From positions 1,366-65,365 of IMG/VR virus record IMGVR_UViG_3300017754_001906: 64,000 nucleotides of DNA; one strand, given 5' to 3'. This DNA comes from a virus. Taxonomy: Duplodnaviria > Caudoviricetes. The notes under the pieces were generated by a model that was not told the DNA's origin, made no database searches, and saw only the letters and a program-made list of their open reading frames with translations. The position numbers were made by a program, and so were the translations under genes. This document shows positions 40,301 to 48,111 of this stretch, in pieces; within the stretch, counting starts at the first letter, position 1; each line of letters starts with the position of its first letter.

Positions 40301-43300
40301 AATGATTTTGATGCTTACGTTGCGTTCTCTCCTTCTCAAATCAAATCTTCAGATCCCGTCACTTACGATGACGCCGGAAACGTCATTCCGTTGAGCAAGC
40401 GGTTTGACGACCTCCAGAGCGATGTGCGTTATTCCCCAGGTCGCAAGAAAGATGCCATTCTTGCAGCGTTGTACAAGCAGCTGGAAGAGAAAGGTGCGAT
40501 CAAGCCGAAGGCGGCAGGAGATAGAACAACTAGCATCAAGAACCGCAAGACCGACGAATTGCGAGCAGAGTCTGGGTTCCCTCCGAGAGTGCGTCCATCC
40601 AGCGAGTCTTTTGAAGAATGGGAGGAGCGAGCTCGACAACAGTACCCAACTGCAAAGGATCGCCTGAAGCTCATAGCAGAGGCGGAACGCTATCCAGAGA
40701 AAATTGGCAAGATAGAGAGCGCAGCGATTGGGCAGCACATTACATATCTCGACAATCAGCGAATCGCTGGGAAGAATGTCGTAGATGAACTGCGAAGAAC
40801 AATCAAGGTTGCCAATACTGTTGGAACCGAAGCGGGTCGTGCATTGGTTAGTCGCAAGGTTGAGAGATATGGCGACTTCTCTTTGGCTGGTCTTATCAGC
40901 GAACACATGCGAGTTGCTGGCACCGATCCCACCGACAGTCAGATTCAGGATTACGCTGAACTTGCCGATCGCATTAAGCAATTGGAAGCAGACAAGGTGG
41001 AGCTAGCGGAAAAGCTTGCTAAGGAAACCATAGCGAGGATAAAGGCGGAAGCAGAAGCGAAGCCAGCAATTGAGCCGACAAAGCCGAAAAAAGGCACCAA
41101 GCGAGCTGCATTGCTTAAGAAAGTTGCTGACAGCTTTGCAGCGTTTCAGAACGCATGGGGACAAGAAAGATTCTCTGTAGGCAGAACTCCAGCATTGGAA
41201 GCCATTGCTGACTTTGGGTTTGGAACTGAAACACTTCCGGATCCTGCAACGGTGTCTCGCAGTGAATGGTTGCGAGCGTACATGCCTCTAGTAATGCAGG
41301 GGGTTCCTGACGCAGACATCAGCGAAAAGGACATGAATGTGTTGGCGTCTGCTTTTGGCGACGACAATCCATTCGCTCCAGATAGCAAGCTGATGAAGAT
41401 GCTTGGCAAATGGGCTATCCAGTCTGATTTGCATGAGGCAAACTGGGGGGATGGAGTGCGTGTTCTTTTCGAAGATAAGTCTCCAGCAACTCGCATGATG
41501 TTAGAGCAGATTTCTAAAGAGTCTGGGGTGAGTGCAAATCGAGACGACTTCTATGATCCAGCGGATTACAAGTCGCTTGCTAAGGCTTTTGTGAAGTATC
41601 TTCCGAAGCACCTCGCAAAGAAACCGGAAGGTTATTCGTATGGCTATTCGGACACGAAGCGATTGCTCGAGACATCTAAGGCGCTGCTAGATCCGCTCGA
41701 GTACGCCATCAACGTATGGGAGGGGTCACAGCAAGCCGCATCTGTCGATGTAAATCCTGACATTCGATACTCTCCAGGAAGACAAGATGACGCCGCACAA
41801 ACTGCTGCAGCTAATCTGGTCAAGTTGCTTCGCGAGATGGGCGTTAGTTCTACGCTTGAGTTTGAGCTTCAGATCAAGGCGAACTTGAAGAACGCTTCAC
41901 CAGAGCAGATGCAGGCTTTGATGGATGCGTGGAACGCAAGTAGTGAAAAAACGGATGTGGTGTCTCCTTTAGGCGATGATCCTGACAACGCTGACATCGG
42001 CGCTAGAGCTAAGGAGTTGATGAGACTGGCTATCGAAGCTGGATATGGTGCTAATCCTGAAACGTGGATGGAGGTTGTTGATGTAGTTCATGAACAACTT
42101 TCGCTCGATGTTCCAGGTATCGATAAATACGACACCATGCAAGCCATGAGTGACTATGGCGTCTGGCGGAAGCTTTCTGGAGAAGAAGTCGCAGTCAAGA
42201 CTCGGGCTATTCGCGGCAAGGCAAGGCAATCATTAAAAATAGAGGACACGCTAAAGGCGATTGCACAAAGCGAAGCATGGCTGAAGGATGGCGTAAGCCC
42301 GGAGGAGGTAGCACGTCGTTTGAGAGAGAAGAATCTTCTTCCGAAAGCAACTGGTAGGGAGCAGGCGACTCCCGACAGCATTGAGCGAGAGCTAATTGCG
42401 GAGTTCAACAAGCTGAAGAAAACATTGCCAGTTCCTGCTGAATCTCGAGAGGGGCAGTTGAAGTCGGCTTTGAGTACGGCAAAGACCTCCGCGAAGAATA
42501 GGCTAGAGATGCTCGACAACGACATCTCGGCATTAGAGGATGCGGTCAAAAACAGAAAAGAGCTCGTCAAGCCAGTTGCTGAGAAAACTCGTCTGGAGCC
42601 GGATGCAGAGCTTGAAGACCTTCGCAGCCAGCTAGACGCAAAGCGGCGGCAGCGGGATGAATTGAAAGCCGCGTACAGCGAGATATTCCCGTCTGCCAAA
42701 GCAAAGCGAGGGCGAAAGCCACTTACTGATGAACAGCGGCTAGAGGCATCTATGAAGCTGCTTGCCCGTCAGATTGACGCAGTGAAGGCGGACATACAGG
42801 CGTTAAACAGCGGGTCATGGGCGCCTGCGGCAAAGAACGCTGAGCTTACATCTGCAAGGAAGGAGCAGCTGAAGTCGGATCTGGCATCGCTACGAGAAAC
42901 CCAGAAGAGGGCGAGAAAAGCAAGTCCTTTGTATCAGGCTCTTCAGGAGACGAAATACTGGGAAAGGTATCGGAAGACCCAGGAGAAGCGACTGGCGTTT
43001 TGGGAGAATCGCCGCGACGAAGCAAAAGCCGGAAGACTCCCTGTGCCACTGCAGAAGCGTACTATTGTTGAGAAGGACATCCTCGAGAAAAACCTGGAGA
43101 TCGAGGAAAAGAAATATGAGGCAATGATCGCGATCGAGAAGGCTACTCGAGCAAACTGGAACGCTGGGCAGTGGATAGGGCAAGGCTTGCTTGAGGCTAC
43201 GTCACTGATACCTAAGACGTTGATGCTTGGGCTCGAGATGTCATTTGTACTGCGACAAGGATTTTTCTACACCTACTCGCAGCCGATGAAGGCTTTCCGT

Positions 43301-44854
43301 GCGCTAACCGAAGCCATGCCAGCAGTGTTTAGTCAGCGACTTGCACTGGCATCTATGGAGAGCATCGAGAATAGACCAAACGCCGATGAGTACCTTGATG
43401 CGAAGGTGGACTTTACAAAAGCAACCGGTCCGCAAGCAAAACTAGAGGAGTTGTACCAGTCGGCTGTTATTCAATGGCTCGAGAGAACAGAGACAAAGCT
43501 TTTGCTGCCTTTAAGAGCGTGGGCAAAGGTTTATCAGATGTTTGAGCGTGGCAACAGAACGTTCTCGAACATCATGAAAGCCGACATGTACGATATCCAA
43601 AAGCGGGATACACTGGCTGCGCGTGAGTTCTTCGGATTGAGTACTGAATGGACAAATAATGACATCAAGGAAACCGGACGAATAACGAACATCTTCAGCG
43701 GAAGAGGCACTGGAATAAAAGGCGGAAGCCCGTGGCTTGATTGGCTGTTCCTAGCTAGACGCTGGACGTGGTCGCGAATCCAGGCAGACTTCATTGTTCC
43801 TTTCCAGCTCGTTACTCCAGAATGGATCGGTCAGTGGAACGCGGATCGCGGAATGCGAGTGGCGTTGGCTAAGTTGTACATTCAATCTTTGGTTGGTCAT
43901 GCAGCGAAAATGGCTGCAGCTTACTTTGCGTATTCCGTTTTGGCGGGAGACGACGAAGAGAAGAAACCAACAATGGAGTTTGATTTGCGATCTAGCGATG
44001 CATTGGCACTCAAGGTCGGCGAGACGAGATTCAAAGACGAAGGCGGTATGATGCCAGCCATCGTTTTGGCTGCAAGGATTGCAACCGGCAAGATCAAAAC
44101 TGGCAAAGGGGAGATCAAGTCGATTTATGGAGAGGACGTTCAGCACGGAGGAAAAACCGCTGCCGACTTCTTGATCAATTACGGTCGGTACAAGCTAGGC
44201 ACAGCGCCATCTGCGATACTCGAATGGATTTCTGGCAGAGATGCGGTTGGTACGGTTATAGAGGACAAGGACGATCCGACAGCAATATACAGAAATATAG
44301 CTTCCAGCCGATTAACTCCGCTGACGTACCGAGAAATATATGCGGCAGAAAGCGAGCTTGGTCTTAAGAGAGGCACGCTGGCTGCACTCGAAGCGTTTTT
44401 TGGTGTTTCCGTTTCAACGCATGGTGACCGTACCAAGTACAAGAAGGGTAGCGAGGCAGATCGCAAGAAGCAATTCGACAACGATCTGAAGGCTATGCAA
44501 TGGAATAGTCCAGATCCCGCCTACAGCGACTTGCTTTCCAGCGAACAGATGGAGGGGGTTAGCAAGAGAAGAGAGGCAAAACGGCAGGGGCTTATCTTCG
44601 CAGCTGGAGCGAATCCCCAGAGGAAGGATTACAAAAACGCTGAGAATTATGACAAAGCCGTTGCGGAGAGAGATAAGGCGAGACAGGAAATGGCTGAATC
44701 TGGCATAACGCTTCCTGAAGCTCGATCGCTCCTCATTGAGTATTACAAGGATAACTATGGATCAGCCTACGAATTGAAGGGTGGATCCTACGTTATGAAG
44801 GGCTCAGCAGTTGCTAGATTGCGAGAAATCAAGCGGCAATTTAGTGGTAAATAG
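31361..44854 (+). CDS. giant polyvalent internal virion protein (4497 aa; zincin MPTase-like, HhH-glycosylase-like, GNAT-like and ADP-ribosyltransferase-like domains)
   Basis: HEMFH at 34994; WYDGA...AMSPQKDW...KIRNFY...VTMDTHA; GKAGFALK...GGNTLDAFD; VYHGS...FFT...GYDGVII...DPVTYDDAGNVIPLSKRF; RYSPGR linkers. Confidence 0.8.
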   Translation: MSDVFSLFDEVENEQSNKGASTPSIDPREQEIRDRNKISAYDGNELFSLFDEVAGDREVEARRQQRAYAEKASLTDPDTYIATTKMLLTTGGRDQQLEVLRKLTPEQREAALKLAPGIAQQLGDERGGAVMRTIDAVSRGAAGVLQPVMELTGLGGTPEEIDYLRKLNSASQEFAPARPDDPWYQQGALQAAEMTPGMVMMGQGGVLGGAVGKAAGTALGRAAAAGVPGAKTAFQAAGAIGKVPAAVGLKGATTKGVFEGIGSAAGVTATSWAPQYAQEVDALKELGMQDGLVLRALAGTTAAAVGLIESIVPNPWKAGNVSFKQGAIKAARQYLWQASKNLPGEITEEGLQGVASGVGEHVAQYLDKDAKKKTIGEAFSKGWQQASDSVLPLVFMLGAPGVAGAASVAIRARREQLEQLRSKGFVSKDDAKKAGIEVGTRKEIAANVDAEIEDLKSRELIASVNESGAAAESPQASPGQAGVSVESQQENVVAPPPLPPQPQGEVPPPIPPQQQGAATPPPIPQPQEQAPPPVPPQPQEQVPPSLPPQQADQPEPQSANFDAYTNAAWKAAGKEGPVSENYKASQKQFVGSAADYGIQQGRVIAFDRKDGSSELQFAAIADELNQRGYEAGPVKKSRSNGIDNIEFSVTKKATVATPPDTTSVGMKSPDQQPVSSPVAEKDVAAPQADVTPPSKFASWTVQQGSDGKLYRVDPKAKTKYEKAKTRQPVDPAEVVVATQDQFGNPIDRKLVGVRQEFAKNAKPGAEFTWSSYPTAKFKVQSNGDILDVTTGRRMGTVQSTSNNAALKANSIKWTSLPAPAAQPATAAPQATEQPAVIATPVAKQPQVPPQPQAQEVRSRGEKTATDISKALDGLGKGAVDGLYTKVWNDAQSGQLQKMDKPPLFEQLVLRGYEKGVVRSLEDVRSITEGMTGDFEADKVVGVNNLNKLASKYQGQQPVAKQPQVQSQSKSQDQAVSVPTAKPAPQAPSQQVAPVVPSQEVSSAVEEPSTAKPKSEPAKVEGEEQKKPLSQPVADEAGTKKPKSSAKQMTPRSYLESKTDRQLKTLAKDLGLKADSREGVIESLLQNPDVVDSLNSALQKAKPSKPRKKKPAPAKDAAKGKEPIPVKMRSSMGTTRELLPSELTAAEKKQKSILEKMGVTLRLIEGGSFNTPGAFNPESMTVWLDRSYIEHMDSLWQKQGRPPESMTWGLFLHEMFHAIKKIDPEAWNGLRDWINANPNEKELLDKATSDYVRDSINALKERLSKDSRNSGKTVNIKGRLSTADHVRSAIKAAKAAGVEISDGTIAAAEYTIKVLSNEDVRNEEGLSRYLEDKAGDFDFWDDLGNDNPSLLAKIGRWLLRALRLADSDTLAGQTRAAIEKAMKRNSLATGEDLGIRAAVSKGDFSVGDINVDEVRAKDRKGNRVSKGLAVKSVKGTKVYEETDDLSFDYVKKNAPDVFIKNANTIADYPLVRGKRVFEKARTVEQAQEIYDVFVREVADNLNYLYSEYDSEFRMPSTLWYDGANAIANRLADDYKVSPEQVAGIIAAMSPQKDWYQNVRLAELLLEAFRVNPVMTPEMIAHQRDVVRVDGLKGYSRKVRLAESALAKANLEYKGTTLENYRKIESVLSSGAFLQEGGKTSSELQKLASQAGVGFAKATGQLKSKMSPDEKASLQKIANWAITIFKEGAAASPGESLSDSDLKKLVSEHRREVKSAIDDSAASLVAAKAKLAKSTTKADAVVSKLESHLGKTLDSVPEEIQSFMVRLYHEVNTTKDYNVIAPDGRAVGVAKNDNGENARLAWGSYGEIGKGVSIRNNGSPRNITRRLGQQHKIRNFYNNIIDPMSEDGDVTMDTHAIAAALLMPLSGKSTQVTQNFGGSGAKNAGAFGIKGLYYAFAEAYNVSAKENGLLPRQMQSATWDPVRGLFTDVFKSVKKNVTKVNDIWESYADGKISVEEAREQVFEAAGGIDTPTWARPAREDVGGSVRKKRDRGRVRGDGQASVGATDGGGDGGRRYSPGRSGRDATVAVRGSLGVDERVWSRSTDSRKVGGYDLTARYVADVAEWAESGVSAPAFIELKASDKSARQFSEAITSARESQGKLGASVYVYPDQDYRDMRLFLTEDGKAGFALKATDDPSITDIVSVFNTAGSLHRGVSYAMIRLAVEEGGNTLDAFDTFLPVVYSANGFRAISRIKWDDDFAMEGWDKKAYSDFNNGEPDIVFMAYDPQQTEIYRVDSREGDVFDTYDEAVASQRLVAKKNYLELQERKKQNAKAKQGGKRYSPGRRPESTGDGRGRKGIGKTEALAGSPSVPGINGPDPEVVAVAERYAKEYGIDLKRQAEYVQVDEDRARRIADAYAQMPHDPQDPKVKEAYQELIKQTTDQYRALEDAGYKFWFMDLGIPSNLEYASSPYNALRDLRSNKQMGVFPTTDGFGTSDLDVNDNPLLADTGILWASGGLDGEMKPVLANDLFRAVHDAFGHSLEGAGFRARGEENAWQAHVRLFYGSAVGAITSETRGQNSWLNYGPHGEANRNAKVEDTIFADQKTGLMPEWTWTEGRAADMEDVGDADMNGPDLESGLQYAVARPQLAKKLNSGKKVKLYRAMLLIDGKLYPPMSSRSKSDEGRLAMRPGEPIGQWMQSEERPELVPKTGKNAGKFPLQKPKGVTWAAYAPYFHASPMPLNDQFTASWLNDGIRRPRMVIVEVEVPESEMTSGYQAEGSSKKVGSNKWRAGVVASKLPGGREVVLSRYLRIKRIVPDAEVAKKIADIVNPARLSVPENVITPQLRAELEKNGVRISAKGTKGEGIRYSPGRRVDEKYLAAVKDGDKKLAQRLVNKAAQKAGEFAGGVSPVVYHGSPHAAFYKFQIPSKGFNSTVFGSYEVSRNAAFFTPDKTAASNYQTQGGRTSGSTRKFRIFGEMLDWRNGISDAQFNTLVDNGVNSRWLGQKGASWELFDKEQDPEGTLVKAIKKMGYDGVIIRDTDGENDFDAYVAFSPSQIKSSDPVTYDDAGNVIPLSKRFDDLQSDVRYSPGRKKDAILAALYKQLEEKGAIKPKAAGDRTTSIKNRKTDELRAESGFPPRVRPSSESFEEWEERARQQYPTAKDRLKLIAEAERYPEKIGKIESAAIGQHITYLDNQRIAGKNVVDELRRTIKVANTVGTEAGRALVSRKVERYGDFSLAGLISEHMRVAGTDPTDSQIQDYAELADRIKQLEADKVELAEKLAKETIARIKAEAEAKPAIEPTKPKKGTKRAALLKKVADSFAAFQNAWGQERFSVGRTPALEAIADFGFGTETLPDPATVSRSEWLRAYMPLVMQGVPDADISEKDMNVLASAFGDDNPFAPDSKLMKMLGKWAIQSDLHEANWGDGVRVLFEDKSPATRMMLEQISKESGVSANRDDFYDPADYKSLAKAFVKYLPKHLAKKPEGYSYGYSDTKRLLETSKALLDPLEYAINVWEGSQQAASVDVNPDIRYSPGRQDDAAQTAAANLVKLLREMGVSSTLEFELQIKANLKNASPEQMQALMDAWNASSEKTDVVSPLGDDPDNADIGARAKELMRLAIEAGYGANPETWMEVVDVVHEQLSLDVPGIDKYDTMQAMSDYGVWRKLSGEEVAVKTRAIRGKARQSLKIEDTLKAIAQSEAWLKDGVSPEEVARRLREKNLLPKATGREQATPDSIERELIAEFNKLKKTLPVPAESREGQLKSALSTAKTSAKNRLEMLDNDISALEDAVKNRKELVKPVAEKTRLEPDAELEDLRSQLDAKRRQRDELKAAYSEIFPSAKAKRGRKPLTDEQRLEASMKLLARQIDAVKADIQALNSGSWAPAAKNAELTSARKEQLKSDLASLRETQKRARKASPLYQALQETKYWERYRKTQEKRLAFWENRRDEAKAGRLPVPLQKRTIVEKDILEKNLEIEEKKYEAMIAIEKATRANWNAGQWIGQGLLEATSLIPKTLMLGLEMSFVLRQGFFYTYSQPMKAFRALTEAMPAVFSQRLALASMESIENRPNADEYLDAKVDFTKATGPQAKLEELYQSAVIQWLERTETKLLLPLRAWAKVYQMFERGNRTFSNIMKADMYDIQKRDTLAAREFFGLSTEWTNNDIKETGRITNIFSGRGTGIKGGSPWLDWLFLARRWTWSRIQADFIVPFQLVTPEWIGQWNADRGMRVALAKLYIQSLVGHAAKMAAAYFAYSVLAGDDEEKKPTMEFDLRSSDALALKVGETRFKDEGGMMPAIVLAARIATGKIKTGKGEIKSIYGEDVQHGGKTAADFLINYGRYKLGTAPSAILEWISGRDAVGTVIEDKDDPTAIYRNIASSRLTPLTYREIYAAESELGLKRGTLAALEAFFGVSVSTHGDRTKYKKGSEADRKKQFDNDLKAMQWNSPDPAYSDLLSSEQMEGVSKRREAKRQGLIFAAGANPQRKDYKNAENYDKAVAERDKARQEMAESGITLPEARSLLIEYYKDNYGSAYELKGGSYVMKGSAVARLREIKRQFSGK

Positions 44855-44917
44855 GCTGTTTGGCAGTACAATACGGTTTTGTGCTGCCCAGTATGTGGTT
44901 TTCTTGAAAGGGTTTAT

Positions 44918-45328
44918 ATGTCTCAGGCAATCTTGCTAATTGTTCAGCTTTTGACGCTACTTCTTCGAACTGTCGCAGCTCACGAAGACTGCCCAGACGG
45001 TGCGTGCCGTGCTCCACTTGACGCAGCCGAGGAGCTTTCGGTCCAGCTGAAATCGCCCGCTGTAACTGTGGGTATCTTCGATCTGTTCCGCTTCTTGCGC
45101 TGCTTCCCGATGGATCGCGTTCTAGCCGTTGGAAAGCGTATTGTGGCTCTGTTTGGCAATTGTGATAAATGCCCAGACGGGGAGTGCAGTTTTTCTGACA
45201 TCCTGAAATGTCTCGATCTACAGGAGGTCATCTCGATTGTCAAGGAAATCATTGACATCATTCGAGACAGTCAAATCTGCGACGGCAACAGCCGAAACGA
45301 AATCACGCTAGGCGAAGCTGTTTCGTAG
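44918..45328 (+). CDS. exported/membrane Cys-rich protein
   Basis: Hydrophobic N-terminus MSQAILLIVQLLTLLLRTVAA; CPDGAC and CPDGEC motifs. Confidence 0.65.
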   Translation: MSQAILLIVQLLTLLLRTVAAHEDCPDGACRAPLDAAEELSVQLKSPAVTVGIFDLFRFLRCFPMDRVLAVGKRIVALFGNCDKCPDGECSFSDILKCLDLQEVISIVKEIIDIIRDSQICDGNSRNEITLGEAVS

Positions 45329-45362
45329 TGGAAGTCAACTTGACCATACTGGGGGGGTGAGC

Positions 45363-46049
45363 ATGATACGAACCGCTGTAATGTCTCTTTTCATGGTTTT
45401 GGCGTCTTTGGCTGTGGTGATCCCGCAGGAGACGCTTACGGACAAGGCGTTCGTGCAATCCCCCTCGGTGGTCAAGCGAGACCGCCCAATTAGGATTAAC
45501 CACCCCGAGGGAGTGAAGATCCAGGCGATCTACGCCAGGGTGGATCAAGGGACCGTAGTGTGGTCATATCTTTCAGACGACCACTTTGAGCGATCTGGAG
45601 CTTTCACGGTTTTTGTTGCTCCTCCGGGCGATTACTTCATCACCACAGGCGAATCCACCATCATCAAGATTGTGGATGACGGCAGTGTGCCTCCAGAGCC
45701 GCCTAAGCCAAAGCCGGAGCCAAAGCCCGATCCGAACGTGAATCCGAAGCCGAAGCTGAAGGTTAACTGGGCTGTGTGGGTTTACGAGCAAGCTGATGCG
45801 GTTAATCAGGTACCACAAACAAACACGCGACTGTCATTGGAGACTCGTCGCTATCTCGAATCTCGAGGCATCAAGATGTCGGCTTACGACGACGACCAGG
45901 ATTCGGCTAAAGCAAAGCCATTCCTGGATGTTGCGTCCGGACTGCCTGCGTTGTTCCTGATCCAGGACTCCAATAGGTATTCGGTTTACAAGGCGCCTGC
46001 ATCGCTAGACGAATTGAAAGCTATCGTAAAGGAGGCGACAGGTGAGTGA
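45363..46049 (+). CDS. exported protein with signal peptide, Pro-rich linker and thioredoxin-like C-terminal domain (no CxxC)
   Basis: MIRTAVMSLFMVLASLA signal-like segment; PPEPPKPKPEPKPDP; GLPALFL cis-Pro-like motif. Confidence 0.6.
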   Translation: MIRTAVMSLFMVLASLAVVIPQETLTDKAFVQSPSVVKRDRPIRINHPEGVKIQAIYARVDQGTVVWSYLSDDHFERSGAFTVFVAPPGDYFITTGESTIIKIVDDGSVPPEPPKPKPEPKPDPNVNPKPKLKVNWAVWVYEQADAVNQVPQTNTRLSLETRRYLESRGIKMSAYDDDQDSAKAKPFLDVASGLPALFLIQDSNRYSVYKAPASLDELKAIVKEATGE

Positions 46050-47193
46050 TTGCGAAGTCATCATCGAAGACGGCAAGGAGGCTGTTATTACACCGGATGG
46101 AGTTAAGGTTTCTCTCGGCTTAATTCCAGATCCAAATCCCCCTCGGCTCACGACCATGGGAAGATTGCTCGGATCCCTGCCAAGCAGATCAGAGCTTATC
46201 AGCTTGATCGAGTCGCAGGAGTATCAGAACAGTGTAGGAGGCATGGCTCACTATGATTCCTCCTGGACGAAGTTTCAGAACGGCTGGGGGAAGTGTGCGT
46301 CCAGTGCGGCGACATATGCTATTGAGAAAGCGAGATATCGCAGCGGACAGCCCAGGATTGTCCTGAGCGATGATTATCTCTACTCGCTCGTTAACGGCGG
46401 CGCCGATCAGGGTGGGACGCTAGGCGACAACCTTCGAGCCATCACCGAGCGAGGGATCGCTACAAGGAATACCGTCGCGGAGGGCAATATCTACCGAAAG
46501 ATGTACAGCACCGACAAGGCTGACAAGGAGGCTCTTCGCTTTCGTGCTCACGAAGGTTTCGGAACCCCGTCCGAGCAGGAAGTGGTGGTTGCCTTGGCGA
46601 CTGGCAGTCCCGTTGTGATCGCCATTCATGTTGGTCGCAACTGGCGTAAGTTCGATAGTAATGGCGTCCTGATTGGCGACCGAGGTCCAGGAAATCATTC
46701 CGAGCACCTCGATCACGTTCGATACAACCGCGAGAAGGGACGGTTCGAGTTTCGAGAGCACTCGAGCCATGGAACAGGGCAGGGAGAAGGCGGGTTCTTC
46801 TGGGTGACTTGGGATCAGCATCTCGCCACCGTACACCCCTCTCACACGTTCTACGCTGTGCCAAATGCTATCCAGGATCCGTTTGGGCTATCTCCGTTTG
46901 GTCAGGGGCAAGAAGAGGGCGGGGACAACAAGCCTAGCCCTGTGGCTACAGCAACGCTTGTAGTGGTTTCTAGCGAGTTCTGCTCTTGGTGCAAGCAGTG
47001 GAACGCAAAGGATAGACCGGTGCTGCAAAAGGCTGGCGTCAACATCTTTGCGGGTGAAGTGCCTGGAAACGGCGTGCCGAGATTCCGGCTTGAAGTTGGT
47101 GGTAGATCAACTGAAAAGGTCGGCTATTGGGAAGCTGACGCTATTCTTCGAGAAATCGCCAGTCTGAGAATGGACGCTGCTTATCAGATGTAG
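46042..47193 (+). CDS. papain-like (C1) cysteine peptidase with C-terminal thioredoxin CxxC domain
   Basis: QNGWGKCA (Q...C spacing as in papain), LSDDYLY, GNHS, HSSHGTGQGEGGF; C-terminal SEFCSWCKQW...GVPRF...GY. Confidence 0.8.
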   Translation: MSDCEVIIEDGKEAVITPDGVKVSLGLIPDPNPPRLTTMGRLLGSLPSRSELISLIESQEYQNSVGGMAHYDSSWTKFQNGWGKCASSAATYAIEKARYRSGQPRIVLSDDYLYSLVNGGADQGGTLGDNLRAITERGIATRNTVAEGNIYRKMYSTDKADKEALRFRAHEGFGTPSEQEVVVALATGSPVVIAIHVGRNWRKFDSNGVLIGDRGPGNHSEHLDHVRYNREKGRFEFREHSSHGTGQGEGGFFWVTWDQHLATVHPSHTFYAVPNAIQDPFGLSPFGQGQEEGGDNKPSPVATATLVVVSSEFCSWCKQWNAKDRPVLQKAGVNIFAGEVPGNGVPRFRLEVGGRSTEKVGYWEADAILREIASLRMDAAYQM

Positions 47194-47265
47194 CTTCGCA
47201 GGTCGCTTTCCATGTAAAGGAGCTGGGCGATGGGATGGAGTCTGAGACGGATAAGCAGGAACGTG

Positions 47266-48111
47266 ATGGAGATTAAGGTTGATCTCTGGCGTAACCAGGA
47301 TTGGGAGCAGTGGGTGTTGCTGCGAAGCGATGTCCATCATGACAATCCAAAATGCAAGCAGGATCTTGAGAAGAAGCATCTCGAAGAAGCTGTCGAGTAC
47401 GATGCTCCAATCATCGATAACGGAGACTTATTTTGCGCAATGCAGGGCAAGTGGGATAAGCGAGCCGACAAGCACTCTCTGCGACCCGAGCACCAGGGCA
47501 ATAACTATCTTGATTTGCTTGTGGACACGGCGGCTGAGTTTTACCAGCCATACAAGGATCACTTTGCTGTTTTAGGTCGAGGGAACCACGAAACAGCAAT
47601 CACGAATAGGCACGAAACAGATCTCACCGACAGACTCGCTGCAAGGATGCGACAATACGGATCCAAGGTTGAAGCGAGTGGCTACGGAGGCTGGGTGATA
47701 TTTCGCTTCATTGATAAAAATCAAAAAGGCGGTAAGGGTGCGCAAAAAGACCAGAAAATGCTTTATCACTACCACGGATCAGGTGGAGGCGGCGTAATAA
47801 CCCGAGGAACCCTTCAGCCATCTCGAATCGCAATCTGGTCGCCCGATAGCGATGTTGTTCTCACCGGTCACACCCATGACGAATGGTCGTTTACGATTCC
47901 CCGCCAGAGATGCAGTTCGAAGGGTGTTTTGTACCATGATGAGCAGTTGCACATTCGCTGCCCTGGGTACAAGGACGCCTGGGGTGACGGTGCATCAGGA
48001 TGGGAGGTCGAACGAATGCTCGGACCAAAAGCTTTGGGGTCCGCTTGGTTAAAATTCACCTGGAGTCACAAGCATGATAGAGTCTTGTTGGACTCGGTGA
48101 GGTGCAAGTGA
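47266..48111 (+). CDS. calcineurin-like metallophosphoesterase
   Basis: SDVH, NGDL, GNHE, HYHGSG, GHTH motifs. Confidence 0.88.
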   Translation: MEIKVDLWRNQDWEQWVLLRSDVHHDNPKCKQDLEKKHLEEAVEYDAPIIDNGDLFCAMQGKWDKRADKHSLRPEHQGNNYLDLLVDTAAEFYQPYKDHFAVLGRGNHETAITNRHETDLTDRLAARMRQYGSKVEASGYGGWVIFRFIDKNQKGGKGAQKDQKMLYHYHGSGGGGVITRGTLQPSRIAIWSPDSDVVLTGHTHDEWSFTIPRQRCSSKGVLYHDEQLHIRCPGYKDAWGDGASGWEVERMLGPKALGSAWLKFTWSHKHDRVLLDSVRCK

